From positions 1-24,007 of the IMG/VR virus record IMGVR_UViG_3300037484_000530: DNA of 24,007 bases, one strand, 5' to 3'. Below the pieces are notes generated by a model. The model made no database searches, was not told the origin of the DNA, and worked only from the letters and a program-made list of their open reading frames with translations. Of this stretch, positions 8,361-16,188 are shown in pieces; position 1 is the stretch's first letter; every line of letters starts with the position of its first letter. This stretch comes from a virus (taxonomy: Duplodnaviria; Caudoviricetes). Made by a program: the position numbers and the translations under genes.

Positions 8361-9343
8361 TGAGCGTAGGCACCCCGAAACTGGTGGCACTCAGCGAAAT
8401 TCGTCCGAACCCGGTTGCCCTCCGTGCGGTTGATCGCGAAGCCGAGGCTTACATTCAACTGCGAGATTCGATCGCGGACCCGGCCATTGGCCTGTTGAAT
8501 CCGATCAACGTCCGCGAGCGCAGCGAGGAAGTGGACGGCGAGAAAGTCACCTTCTATGAGATCATCGACGGTCTGCATCGGTACACAGCCTGCTCCGAAA
8601 TCGGCTTCGAGGAACTGCCGGTTCTCGTGAAGAGTCTCGAAGAGACCGAATCGTTTCTGGCCCAGATCATCGGCAACGCGATGCGCGTCGAGACGCGCCC
8701 CGTCGAGTACACGAAGCACTTGCAGAGAATAATCTCAGCGAACCCGACGTGGACGATCGCCGACCTGGCCACGAAAGTGCATCGCAGCCCGGCATGGTTG
8801 AACCAGCGGTTCGGCCTGTTGAAGCTGGCCCCGTCCGTCCAGACGTTGGTCGATGATGGCAAAATCGCCGTGTCGAACGCGGTCATTTTGGCCAAGCTGC
8901 CTCACGACGAGCAGTTGAACTACATCGACAGCGCCATGACCATGATCACCGCCGAGTTCGGCCCGATGGTGAACACTCGCGTCACCGAACTGAAGAAGGC
9001 CGAGAAGGAAGGTCGTGAGGCGACCGAGGACGTGTTCGTTCCCGTCGCGAAGCCCCGCAAGCGCAGCGAGCTTGAGACCGAACTCGAACAGCAAGCCGTG
9101 CTGCCCGGACTCGTGGCCGATTGTGATACGAAGGAAAGCGCCGCCCTGAAGACGCTGGCCTGGACCCTTCAGCTTGATCCCGCGAGCGTCGCGTTGGCTC
9201 AGGCCCAGTGGGTCGAGAAGAAGCAGCAGCTTGAGGAGGAGAAGGCAAAGCGGAAGGCCGAGCGGGCCAAGCAGAAGGCAGCCGAAGCCGCCGAAGCAGC
9301 CGCCAAAGCCCAGGAAGAAGCAGCCGCCGCGACCCGCGGTTGA
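8360..9343 (+). CDS. ParB/Srx-family protein 1 (ParB N-terminal CTPase-like domain, HTH, Ala/Lys/Glu-rich C-terminal coil), 327 aa
   Basis: LSEIRPN, GLLNPINVR, YEIIDGLHRY, N-x-x-R (NAMR), HTH-like TIADLATKVHRSPAWLNQRFGLLKL. GGAG RBS at 8346-8349 supports ATG 8360 over TTG 8279. Confidence 0.85.
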   Translation: MSVGTPKLVALSEIRPNPVALRAVDREAEAYIQLRDSIADPAIGLLNPINVRERSEEVDGEKVTFYEIIDGLHRYTACSEIGFEELPVLVKSLEETESFLAQIIGNAMRVETRPVEYTKHLQRIISANPTWTIADLATKVHRSPAWLNQRFGLLKLAPSVQTLVDDGKIAVSNAVILAKLPHDEQLNYIDSAMTMITAEFGPMVNTRVTELKKAEKEGREATEDVFVPVAKPRKRSELETELEQQAVLPGLVADCDTKESAALKTLAWTLQLDPASVALAQAQWVEKKQQLEEEKAKRKAERAKQKAAEAAEAAAKAQEEAAAATRG

Positions 9344-9388
9344 TTTCAAACTCAATTCGACGTGACGTTAGGTAGTTAAGCTCCCAAT

Positions 9389-9431
9389 ACACATCCCGCC
9401 GGGAATGATTCCTGGCGGGATGTGTTTGTTT
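9389..9431 (+). terminator. Intrinsic terminator or strong hairpin
   Basis: ACACATCCCGCCGGGAAT (9389-9406) / ATTCCTGGCGGGATGTGT (9408-9425), followed by TTGTTT. Confidence 0.75.
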
Positions 9432-9489
9432 GCCGGAACGTAGGGAGCGTGCAACGTGCTTCACCTTTCACTTTTCATCAGAGGCTTTA

Positions 9490-10167
9490 ATGTCAGACTC
9501 ATTGATTCCCTTTCAGGCCGGTGGCGAACTTTCGACTCAACTCGCGGACGACATGGAACTCTTGAAGGAAGTGTCCTCCGGCGGTGAGTTTCTCCCGTAC
9601 CTACAGCTTTTCACCACCAAGTCGGACGCCGTGACCGAAGGCAAGATCGGCGGCGGGCATTACGGCCTGGTTCGTGATGGCAACATCACCGACCTCGGCA
9701 AGGAATTGAACGTCATCGTTGTGACCGTGCGTGCCCGTGCCTACGAGAAGGCGGATGATGGCGAAATCACGGTCGTCTACGACAAGACCGATCCCGAGTA
9801 CGTTCGCATCCAAGCGTTGCAGGCCGAGGGCGTCCAAGGCTGCATGGCTGGCCCCGAATTCCTGTTCTGGATTCCCGACGAGAAGACGTTTGCGACGTTC
9901 TTCTGCGGCTCCAAGACCCTGAAGCGTGAGGCTCGGAAGTTCAATCCGTTCCTCGGCGGCAAGGGCGTGTGCAACATGCGGGTGCACCTGATCGACAACG
10001 GCAAGTACAAGTGGCATGGTCCGGTTGTGAACACGTGTTCGGCCGCTCCGTCTGCCCTTCCCTCTGCCGAAGATTCGGACAAGGAAATCACGAAGTTCAA
10101 GAACCCGCCGAAACCCAAGAAGGGCGAGCGTGTTGCGGCGGGCGACACCCAGGAAGTGACTCGCTGA
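9490..10167 (+). CDS. Putative phage single-stranded DNA-binding / replication protein
   Basis: 'FLPYLQLF..KS' N-terminal motif, beta-rich aromatic core ending in KYKWHGPVV, location in the replication module, GAGG RBS before ATG 9490. Family assignment is inference. Confidence 0.5.
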   Translation: MSDSLIPFQAGGELSTQLADDMELLKEVSSGGEFLPYLQLFTTKSDAVTEGKIGGGHYGLVRDGNITDLGKELNVIVVTVRARAYEKADDGEITVVYDKTDPEYVRIQALQAEGVQGCMAGPEFLFWIPDEKTFATFFCGSKTLKREARKFNPFLGGKGVCNMRVHLIDNGKYKWHGPVVNTCSAAPSALPSAEDSDKEITKFKNPPKPKKGERVAAGDTQEVTR

Positions 10168-10177
10168 GGATAAAATC

Positions 10178-10702
10178 ATGCGCCGAGTAACACCGATTGC
10201 GTTGACGAACGTTGCGTGGCAACACTACGTAAACAGTTCGACGGAGTTACTCGGCCGTGCACCGACGAGCGGTGTAGATCGCTGTTCATCCAAATTGTCA
10301 GATTTTGCGAAATACACTGCCTCCCTCGCCGAGTTCGTATCGAAGGAAGAAGTGGACGCCCGGAGAGTGCTCCGGCGTCCCGGTCCTCATCTTCGTCATA
10401 CCTTTTATTCTGTTTTGATTTCGGAATCACCAGGCGTGGTTCTCAAGATTGCCGAAGGTTCGGACCTGGACGTAATTTCAGCCCCGGCCGGGAAAAGTCG
10501 AGCGGCTGTGGTGTCGGGGAATCTGGATTGCTGGCGGAACGCCGTATTGACATTCTGCAATCCAGCCACACCAAAGACCGTTCGCGAGTTGTTCAACGAA
10601 GTCAAGACCATGTTTGACCAACTCGGTCTGGCCGATATTTTCCACGGGTATTCGACGGTGAATCAACGCGATGGCACATTCGCTTTGGAGTACAAGCCGT
10701 GA
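10178..10702 (+). CDS. Degenerate ThyX-fold-like protein lacking the RHR motif
   Basis: 'PHLRHTFYSVLI' and 'AVVSGNLDCWRNAVLTFCNPATPKTVRELF' echo ThyX segments (S.LEH..FTF.I and .VTGN.R.W.HF..LR....AQ.EIR.LA); the central catalytic region is absent. Confidence 0.45.
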   Translation: MRRVTPIALTNVAWQHYVNSSTELLGRAPTSGVDRCSSKLSDFAKYTASLAEFVSKEEVDARRVLRRPGPHLRHTFYSVLISESPGVVLKIAEGSDLDVISAPAGKSRAAVVSGNLDCWRNAVLTFCNPATPKTVRELFNEVKTMFDQLGLADIFHGYSTVNQRDGTFALEYKP

Positions 10703-10860
10703 GGAAAGTTGAGCAAGCAGACAAACGATCGAAGGACGGGCGTGATTCCAAGGCCCATGTTTCTTTGAAGAAACAGAAGGCGCGTATCGAACGTCGTCGG
10801 GCGAAGAAAGATCCTGAGACCCCACCGGCTTATGGAAAGTATGACGGCTATCAAACATGA
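10699..10860 (+). CDS. Small basic hypothetical protein (53 aa, not in ORF track)
   Basis: MRKVEQADKRSKDGRDSKAHVSLKKQKARIERRRAKKDPETPPAYGKYDGYQT. GGAG RBS, GTGA overlap with the upstream stop and ATGA overlap with the next ORF. Confidence 0.6.
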   Translation: MRKVEQADKRSKDGRDSKAHVSLKKQKARIERRRAKKDPETPPAYGKYDGYQT

Positions 10861-11051
10861 TTGGGTATTTCACGATCCAACGATACAAGGGTGGAGTTCT
10901 TTTGTACGAGGAACGTGTAGAGAATAAAATCACCGGGGAAGGTTTCAAAGGCGTCACCTTTTATGAGAAACCGTCAGGAGTATCTTTCTTCCCGCCGTCG
11001 GAACAGTCTCATCAGGCTGATCCGGTCGAAACACGATCTGCGGGACGCTGA
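10857..11051 (+). CDS. Hypothetical protein
   Basis: ATGA-coupled to the upstream ORF; its C-terminal part overlaps the next ORF. Confidence 0.4.
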   Translation: MIGYFTIQRYKGGVLLYEERVENKITGEGFKGVTFYEKPSGVSFFPPSEQSHQADPVETRSAGR

Positions 11052-11250
11052 TATTGAACTCATCCACGAGTTTGTTTTTGCTTTGTGTTGGAGCCGTGAG
11101 ACACATGCTCTTGCGACAGCACAGATGCAGCCAGTGATCGCCTTGAACAAAACAGAATCGGATTGGCTGTGTTCACCGGCGGAAGAGCCACCTAAGATGG
11201 GTGGCCATATTACACACAACCAACGTCCACGTTTGATGTATGTGCCGTGA
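10963..11250 (+). CDS. Hypothetical protein
   Basis: 95-aa ORF in operon orientation filling the gap before the structured intergenic element. Confidence 0.45.
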   Translation: MRNRQEYLSSRRRNSLIRLIRSKHDLRDADIELIHEFVFALCWSRETHALATAQMQPVIALNKTESDWLCSPAEEPPKMGGHITHNQRPRLMYVP

Positions 11251-11316
11251 GTCCCTCGCCGCCTATGCGATAAATATCGGTTAGCCGACGCATCGGCACG
11301 CCGAGGCGGCAGGGAC
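11251..11316 (+). ncRNA. Structured intergenic RNA element (three-way junction), function unknown
   Basis: GTCCCT-C-GCCGCCT (11251-11264) pairs with AGGCGGC-AGGGAC (11304-11316). It encloses ATGCG/CGCAT with an inner TCGG-TTAG-CCGA hairpin, plus a CGGC-AC-GCCG hairpin. Confidence 0.45.
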
Positions 11317-11350
11317 CGGCTCCACTTTAACAACACACGAGTTTACAATC

Positions 11351-13372
11351 ATGAGAATCGAAGAGACGAAGTTCATCCTCGGAAACTTCTGGCGACCGAT
11401 TAGGCTCGCTTATGAGACTGGGCGGATATTCTTTCTCTTCGAGGGCTTCAACAAGCTGCTGAACGCCGAAATCAAGATGATGAGCGGCCATCAGTGGCAT
11501 GGGTATGAGGGTGCCCCTCTCCGAGAGTTCTGTATCAAGAACTTCCGTCGAGACAAAATCTGGTCCGTGAAAGACAACCAGCACAACGCGTTCCATATCG
11601 CGTTCCTGCAAGGCATGAAGCCGTACACTCGCTACAAGCGAGAGCTTATTAAGCATGTCTATGATCGGCCCCTCTACGTTCACCAAACCGAGACTTCTGA
11701 TTTTATTCTCACCCGACGGCAATGCATCGTCGCGGAGGATATGGGCATCGGGAAGACGCTCGCCGAGATAACGGCACGTGAGGCAGTCAACCCGGAAAGC
11801 TCGTGGTACGTCGCTCCGAAGTCCGCTCTCAAAGCTGTAGAGCGCGAGTTCGCCAAATGGCGTGTCAAGCATCGCCCGGAACTGATGACCTATCAAGGTC
11901 TTGTCAGTCGTATCAAGAAGCTCGAAGGTACGGATCTACGTCCACCGCAATGGATTACGCTCGATGAGGCACATTGCGTCAAGACTCCCACGACTCAACG
12001 ATCCGAGGCTGCACAGATTATCTGTGACGCCGTCCGTGAGTATTGGGGCGATGACGCTTACGTCGTGCTGATGACAGGTACTCCGAGTCCAAAGAGTCCG
12101 CTGGACTGGTGGATGTTATGCGAAATCGCTTGCCCCGGTTTTCTGATCGAGGGCGATATCCACAAGCTCCGCAACCGGCTCGCTATCATCGTGCAGCGGG
12201 ATTTCGGCAACGGCGTTCACCCGCACGTAGCTGCGTGGAAAGACCGTGATGATATTTGCGACGTGTGCGGCAAGACCAAGGACGACCCGACTCACGACCT
12301 GAATCCCGAGTTGGCAGCGGCGATGGATGACGACGCCGGTGAGGCTCATGAGTTCAAACTCGCGAAGAACGAAGTAGCGTTCCTCAGCAAGCGGATCGTC
12401 GATGGCGGTCTCGCTATCGTCAAGTTCAAGCGTGATTGCTTGGACCTGCCGGATAAACGCTACGAGAAGGTTGAGCTAACACCGACGAAGAAGCTATTGC
12501 AACTGGCAAGGATGGTTGCCAAAACAGCGCCATCAGTGGCCGAGGCTCTGACACGTTTGCGTACACTCTCAGACGGCTTCCAATACGAGGAGGAGAAGTG
12601 TGGAGAAGAAACCTGTCCCCACTGTGGAGGCACCGGAGAGAAGTTTGATTTCAAACTCAAGGACGAGTTTGAGGCAATGGTGGAAGAGGGCTGGACTTTA
12701 CCGCCACGCCAAGAGTTCGATGATTCTGAAATCGACAGACAGGCGAACCTCGCCTATACGGCCAAATACTTCGATCAACTGATCTTGCCCTGCGTCGTGT
12801 GTAAAGGCAAGAAGGTCGTCGATATCATGCGTCGTGAGACGAAGGAAATCTCCTGTCCGAAGGACGAAGCCCTCAAGGATCTGATCGAGTTGCACGGTAG
12901 CGTCGGGCGTCTTGTGGTCTACGCAGGATTCACCGGCTCTGTCGAGCGTTGCGTTCGCTTGTTCAAAGAAATGGAGTGGGACACGATTAAGTGGGACGGC
13001 CACGGTATCGCGTGTTCAATTCCGGGCATCGACCCGCTGGAGCTGTTCCAGGAGAAGCTGGCCGAGCATCCTCGCGTCGGTTTCATCGGACAGCCCGGTG
13101 CCGCAGGTATGGGTTTGACTTTAACTGCAAGCCCTAGCTGCATATACTTCTCGAATACGTTCAATGCGGTGGATCGCCTGCAAAGTGAGGACCGAATCCA
13201 TCGTCTTGGCATCACGAAATGCCCGACGATTTATGACCTGTTTCACCTGCCGACGGATCGCCTCGTCTACAACAACATAGAAGAGAAGCGGGCGCGGCAG
13301 GATCTCAGTATGGGCGTGGACGTTTCAATGGCCGATGTTCTAGGAGCGCTACATGGCGCAGAAGATAACTGA
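11351..13372 (+). CDS. SNF2-like superfamily 2 helicase/ATPase with Zn-finger insertions
   Basis: Motif I DMGIGKT, Ia VAPKS, II LDEAH, III MTGTP, V GMGLTL, VI QSEDRIHRLG. Inserts CDVC...H, CPHCGGTG, CVVCKGKK. Confidence 0.9.
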   Translation: MRIEETKFILGNFWRPIRLAYETGRIFFLFEGFNKLLNAEIKMMSGHQWHGYEGAPLREFCIKNFRRDKIWSVKDNQHNAFHIAFLQGMKPYTRYKRELIKHVYDRPLYVHQTETSDFILTRRQCIVAEDMGIGKTLAEITAREAVNPESSWYVAPKSALKAVEREFAKWRVKHRPELMTYQGLVSRIKKLEGTDLRPPQWITLDEAHCVKTPTTQRSEAAQIICDAVREYWGDDAYVVLMTGTPSPKSPLDWWMLCEIACPGFLIEGDIHKLRNRLAIIVQRDFGNGVHPHVAAWKDRDDICDVCGKTKDDPTHDLNPELAAAMDDDAGEAHEFKLAKNEVAFLSKRIVDGGLAIVKFKRDCLDLPDKRYEKVELTPTKKLLQLARMVAKTAPSVAEALTRLRTLSDGFQYEEEKCGEETCPHCGGTGEKFDFKLKDEFEAMVEEGWTLPPRQEFDDSEIDRQANLAYTAKYFDQLILPCVVCKGKKVVDIMRRETKEISCPKDEALKDLIELHGSVGRLVVYAGFTGSVERCVRLFKEMEWDTIKWDGHGIACSIPGIDPLELFQEKLAEHPRVGFIGQPGAAGMGLTLTASPSCIYFSNTFNAVDRLQSEDRIHRLGITKCPTIYDLFHLPTDRLVYNNIEEKRARQDLSMGVDVSMADVLGALHGAEDN

Positions 13373-14615
13373 GGATAAACTCAAGGCAGCACGTGACGCG
13401 ATCGCGGCTGGTTCAACGCTCAAGGCAGAAGCCGGGAAGCTTGGCGTTGATCATGATCATCTACGTAGGCGTTTGAAGACAAACCCTGCCGAGAAGGAAA
13501 CGAAGTCCGAGCTTCCGCCGGAGAAGATCACGGTCGTCAATCAACTTGAGGGTCGGCTCGCCTTGTTGCAGGACGAGAATCGCGTACTCAAGGTTCAGTT
13601 GCGTGACGCTCAGAAATCAAGCGTCTCGTTGAAGCTCTTGTCCGAGGAGTTACGGACTCTGGTTCAGCCGATTCCGCCGTACAATGAAATGTACCGGAAG
13701 CGGTCGAAGGGTCCGGTCAAAGAATCGTTGGTTCTACACATGAGCGACGGGCATCACGACTCGATCGTTCTTCCGCACCGGGTCCAAGGATTGGAGTCTC
13801 ATGACTTCAACGTGGCAATGGCGCGGGGCGAGGTTCTGGTGGACACCCTTTTGGATTTCACACAGAACAACATGGCGGGCCATGAGTTCGAGACGCTTTG
13901 GGTTCTCGCCTACGGGGATCACACTCAAGGCGAAATCCACGGGGCTGTCAAGAACACGCACTTCGGAAACATGATGCGGAACTGTCTGGCCATCGGACAG
14001 TTTCACGCGCAGATGTACCGTGATTTGGCTCAGTGGTTTCCGCAAGTGAAGGTACTGTACCTTAGCGGAAACCACGGTCGCCGGAAGGAAGTCGCGAAGA
14101 AAGATTATCAAGCGGCCTGGGATTCCTGGGACTACTTGATTGCGGAAACCGCCCGGTCGTATTGCCGGGATTTGTGGAACGTCGAATTCCAGATTCCAGA
14201 CTCATTCTCCGCCGTCGTGAACATCGAAGGCTACTATTTCAACGCCTGTCACGGCGACGATATCAAGGGATGGGCCGGCGTTCCCTGGTACGGGATCGAA
14301 CGTAAGACTCGCCGACTCACGGCTCTGAACTCCGCGCACGATCGGAAGGTCCACTACTATTGCATGGGACACTTCCATCAGCACGGCACGCAGGCCGCGT
14401 TGAAAGGTGAGACTATTATCAACGGAGCATGGATCGGCTGCGACCCTTACAGCTTCAACAGCTTGGACGCGTACACGGAGCCGTTGCAACTATTACACGG
14501 AGTCCACGCCTCGCGTGGTATTTCATGGCGACTTCCGATCAAACTCCGGCGATACGACAAGCCGGAAGTACCGAACAGGTACAAGATTTCGATTGCAACG
14601 CCGGAATCCGACTGA
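13353..14615 (+). CDS. Calcineurin-like metallophosphoesterase with N-terminal HTH and coiled coil
   Basis: SDGH, GDHTQG, SGNHG, CHGD and GHFH motifs; N-terminal 'GSTLKAEAGKLGVDHDHLRRRL' HTH-like segment; AGGAG RBS. Confidence 0.85.
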   Translation: MAQKITEDKLKAARDAIAAGSTLKAEAGKLGVDHDHLRRRLKTNPAEKETKSELPPEKITVVNQLEGRLALLQDENRVLKVQLRDAQKSSVSLKLLSEELRTLVQPIPPYNEMYRKRSKGPVKESLVLHMSDGHHDSIVLPHRVQGLESHDFNVAMARGEVLVDTLLDFTQNNMAGHEFETLWVLAYGDHTQGEIHGAVKNTHFGNMMRNCLAIGQFHAQMYRDLAQWFPQVKVLYLSGNHGRRKEVAKKDYQAAWDSWDYLIAETARSYCRDLWNVEFQIPDSFSAVVNIEGYYFNACHGDDIKGWAGVPWYGIERKTRRLTALNSAHDRKVHYYCMGHFHQHGTQAALKGETIINGAWIGCDPYSFNSLDAYTEPLQLLHGVHASRGISWRLPIKLRRYDKPEVPNRYKISIATPESD

Positions 14616-14632
14616 TCCCATCGAAGCCAAGA

Positions 14633-14782
14633 ATGAAGGTGTCTCGCGCAGACAGGCGGAGACACCTTCAACGGCTCTTGGATCTTGGGTACAGTCTTGA
14701 AGATATTAGTATCAAGATCAACCTGTCAATTCCCCACTTGCGGAGTATTCTTCAGTGCTCGACCAATATCAAGCCAAAATGA
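14633..14782 (+). CDS. Small HTH DNA-binding protein (49 aa)
   Basis: MKVSRADRRRHLQRLLDLGYSLEDISIKINLSIPHLRSIL fits the HTH pattern G-x-S-x-x-(E/D)-I-x-x-x-x-x-(L/V)-S. Its stop overlaps ATG 14779 (ATGA). Confidence 0.6.
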   Translation: MKVSRADRRRHLQRLLDLGYSLEDISIKINLSIPHLRSILQCSTNIKPK

Positions 14783-15666
14783 TTCCGATGATCGAGATTT
14801 GGAGCGACGACGAGTTCAATTGCCGTGGTCAGATCAGTCCGCTCGATGTGAAGGATCTGGCCAAGGATATCGAGGACAACGAGTTGCAGTTTCCTATCGC
14901 GGTGCAGCCCGCCGAAGATGTTACCGGCGGGCTGCCGGCGGGGAAGAAGTACAGGATCATCGCGGGCCACCGACGCCACAAGGCGTACATGGTTCTAAAA
15001 CGCGACTCGATCCCCGCGATGATTAAACGCGGTCTCAACGAAGTCCGTGCCAGAGTTTATAATCTGGCGGAGAACTTGCAGCGAGCCGAGTTGAACATTC
15101 TGCAAGAAGCTCGTGCCCTGCAGAAACTCAAGGATCTTGGACTCGTCCAGGAGGACGCGGCAAAGGCGATCGGTCGGACCCGCAGTTGGGTCCAGGTCCG
15201 CTATAACCTGCTTGAGCTGCCTGATGTTATTCAACAAGAGGCTGCATCTGGGATTCTCAACCAGGCGCAGATCAAACAACTCTACTCGTTGAAGGACCAA
15301 GGACCTGAAGCACAGTACGAAGCAGTCCGGGCGATCAAGAACGCGCTCCTCCGCGGCGAAAAAGGGATCAGTGTCGCGAAGGCCCCGAAAGTCGACCCGT
15401 ACAAAAAGAGGCGGCGGGCCAAGAACGAAGTACAAGAAATGATGCGGCATATCGGCAAGGAAGGCCCAGGCTACGGACTCGCTACACGTGCGTTGGCGTG
15501 GGCGAACGGTGAGATTAGCACCGCCGAGTTGTACCTGGACATTAAGGCCGAATGCACGAAAGTGTGCAAGTTCTACCGCGTGCCAGTCATTGAGTTGGAG
15601 AACGCGTGCGGCCCGAAGGTCGCTGAAGCGGTTGCGGATTACGAAATCGAGAACGATGAAGTGTGA
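14779..15666 (+). CDS. ParB/RepB/Spo0J-family protein 2 with canonical CTPase motifs and HTH; alternative start GTG 14755
   Basis: FNCR, LQFPIAV, YRIIAGHRR (GxRR arginine patch), AENLQRAELN, HTH QEDAAKAIGRTRSWVQVRYNLLELP. Confidence 0.9.
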   Translation: MIPMIEIWSDDEFNCRGQISPLDVKDLAKDIEDNELQFPIAVQPAEDVTGGLPAGKKYRIIAGHRRHKAYMVLKRDSIPAMIKRGLNEVRARVYNLAENLQRAELNILQEARALQKLKDLGLVQEDAAKAIGRTRSWVQVRYNLLELPDVIQQEAASGILNQAQIKQLYSLKDQGPEAQYEAVRAIKNALLRGEKGISVAKAPKVDPYKKRRRAKNEVQEMMRHIGKEGPGYGLATRALAWANGEISTAELYLDIKAECTKVCKFYRVPVIELENACGPKVAEAVADYEIENDEV

Positions 15667-15680
15667 AGGTTATGTGCACC

Positions 15681-15807
15681 GCCAATATCTTCTAACGGCA
15701 GGATACGAGACCGGCTGTTTTGTGGGTTCGAGTCCCACCGCTACGCGTAGCTTAATCGGTAAAGCCGGCCAACTTCGTGAATGCGGGTTCGAGTCCCGCT
15801 ATTGGTG
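15681..15807 (+). ncRNA. tRNA-like RNA: two tRNA bodies fused through their anticodon stems, no anticodon loop
   Basis: Acceptor GCCAATA/TATTGGT; D-arm TTCT-AACGGC-AGGA; T-arms GTGGG-TTCGAGT-CCCAC and GCGGG-TTCGAGT-CCCGC; second D-arm GCTT-AATCGGTA-AAGC. Confidence 0.7.
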
Positions 15808-15811
15808 GTTT

Positions 15812-15884
15812 GCTGGGATAGCTCAATAGGTAGAGCCGCTGATTTGTAATCAGCAGGTTGTCGGTTCGATTCCGACTCCCAGCT
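15812..15884 (+). tRNA. tRNA-Thr (anticodon TGT), CCA not encoded
   Basis: GCTGGGA/TCCCAGC acceptor, GCTC/GAGC D-stem, GCTGA-TTTGTAA-TCAGC anticodon arm, GTCGG-TTCGATT-CCGAC T-arm. Confidence 0.96.
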
Positions 15885-15912
15885 TTGATTCTAAACTCAA
15901 AAGGGCAATCGC

Positions 15913-16188
15913 ATGAGACTCAAGATATTGAAAAAGTGGTGGCTGCTTGAGTTCATCAAGGGATTCAAACTGAAAGGTGAGTGTGATGCCCCGACGACAA
16001 AAGGAAAGAAGATCAAGATTCGTGAGTCCTTGAAAGGTGAGATTCGGCTGGATACGATTATTCACGAGCAACTGCACGCTGCCGACTGGACCAAAGACGA
16101 GGAGTGGGTGAATGATACTGCCACCGACATTGCCCGAAACCTCTGGCGACTCGGCTATCGAAACATTAACGAAAAATCTGTACCTTGA
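15913..16188 (+). CDS. Small zincin-like (HExxH) protein
   Basis: LDTIIHEQLHA followed by DEEWV, a pattern typical of minimal phage metallopeptidase-like domains. Confidence 0.65.
   Translation: MRLKILKKWWLLEFIKGFKLKGECDAPTTKGKKIKIRESLKGEIRLDTIIHEQLHAADWTKDEEWVNDTATDIARNLWRLGYRNINEKSVP

Noticed and set aside
9220-9340. GCCGAAGC-type short repeats
   Set aside because: They encode the Ala/Lys/Glu-rich helical tail of ParB-1; a protein-level low-complexity feature.
11242-11316. HDV-like/theta ribozyme (GTGCCG/CGGCAC as P1, GTCCC/GGGAC as P2)
   Set aside because: L3 (CGCCTAT) lacks the usual UCC..G pattern, a ~23-nt insert separates P3 from P1, and J4/2 lacks C-x-A; kept only as an unclassified structure.
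15681-15807. Two ordinary tandem tRNA genes, or a tRNA with a group I intron
   Set aside because: Neither half forms its own acceptor or anticodon stem, and the ~60-nt insert is far too short for a self-splicing intron and is itself made of tRNA arms.
15488-15829. 113-aa ORF spanning the tRNA-like region
   Set aside because: It overlaps ParB-2 out of frame and runs through the structured RNAs; its GSSP/GFESR peptides are just translated T-loops.
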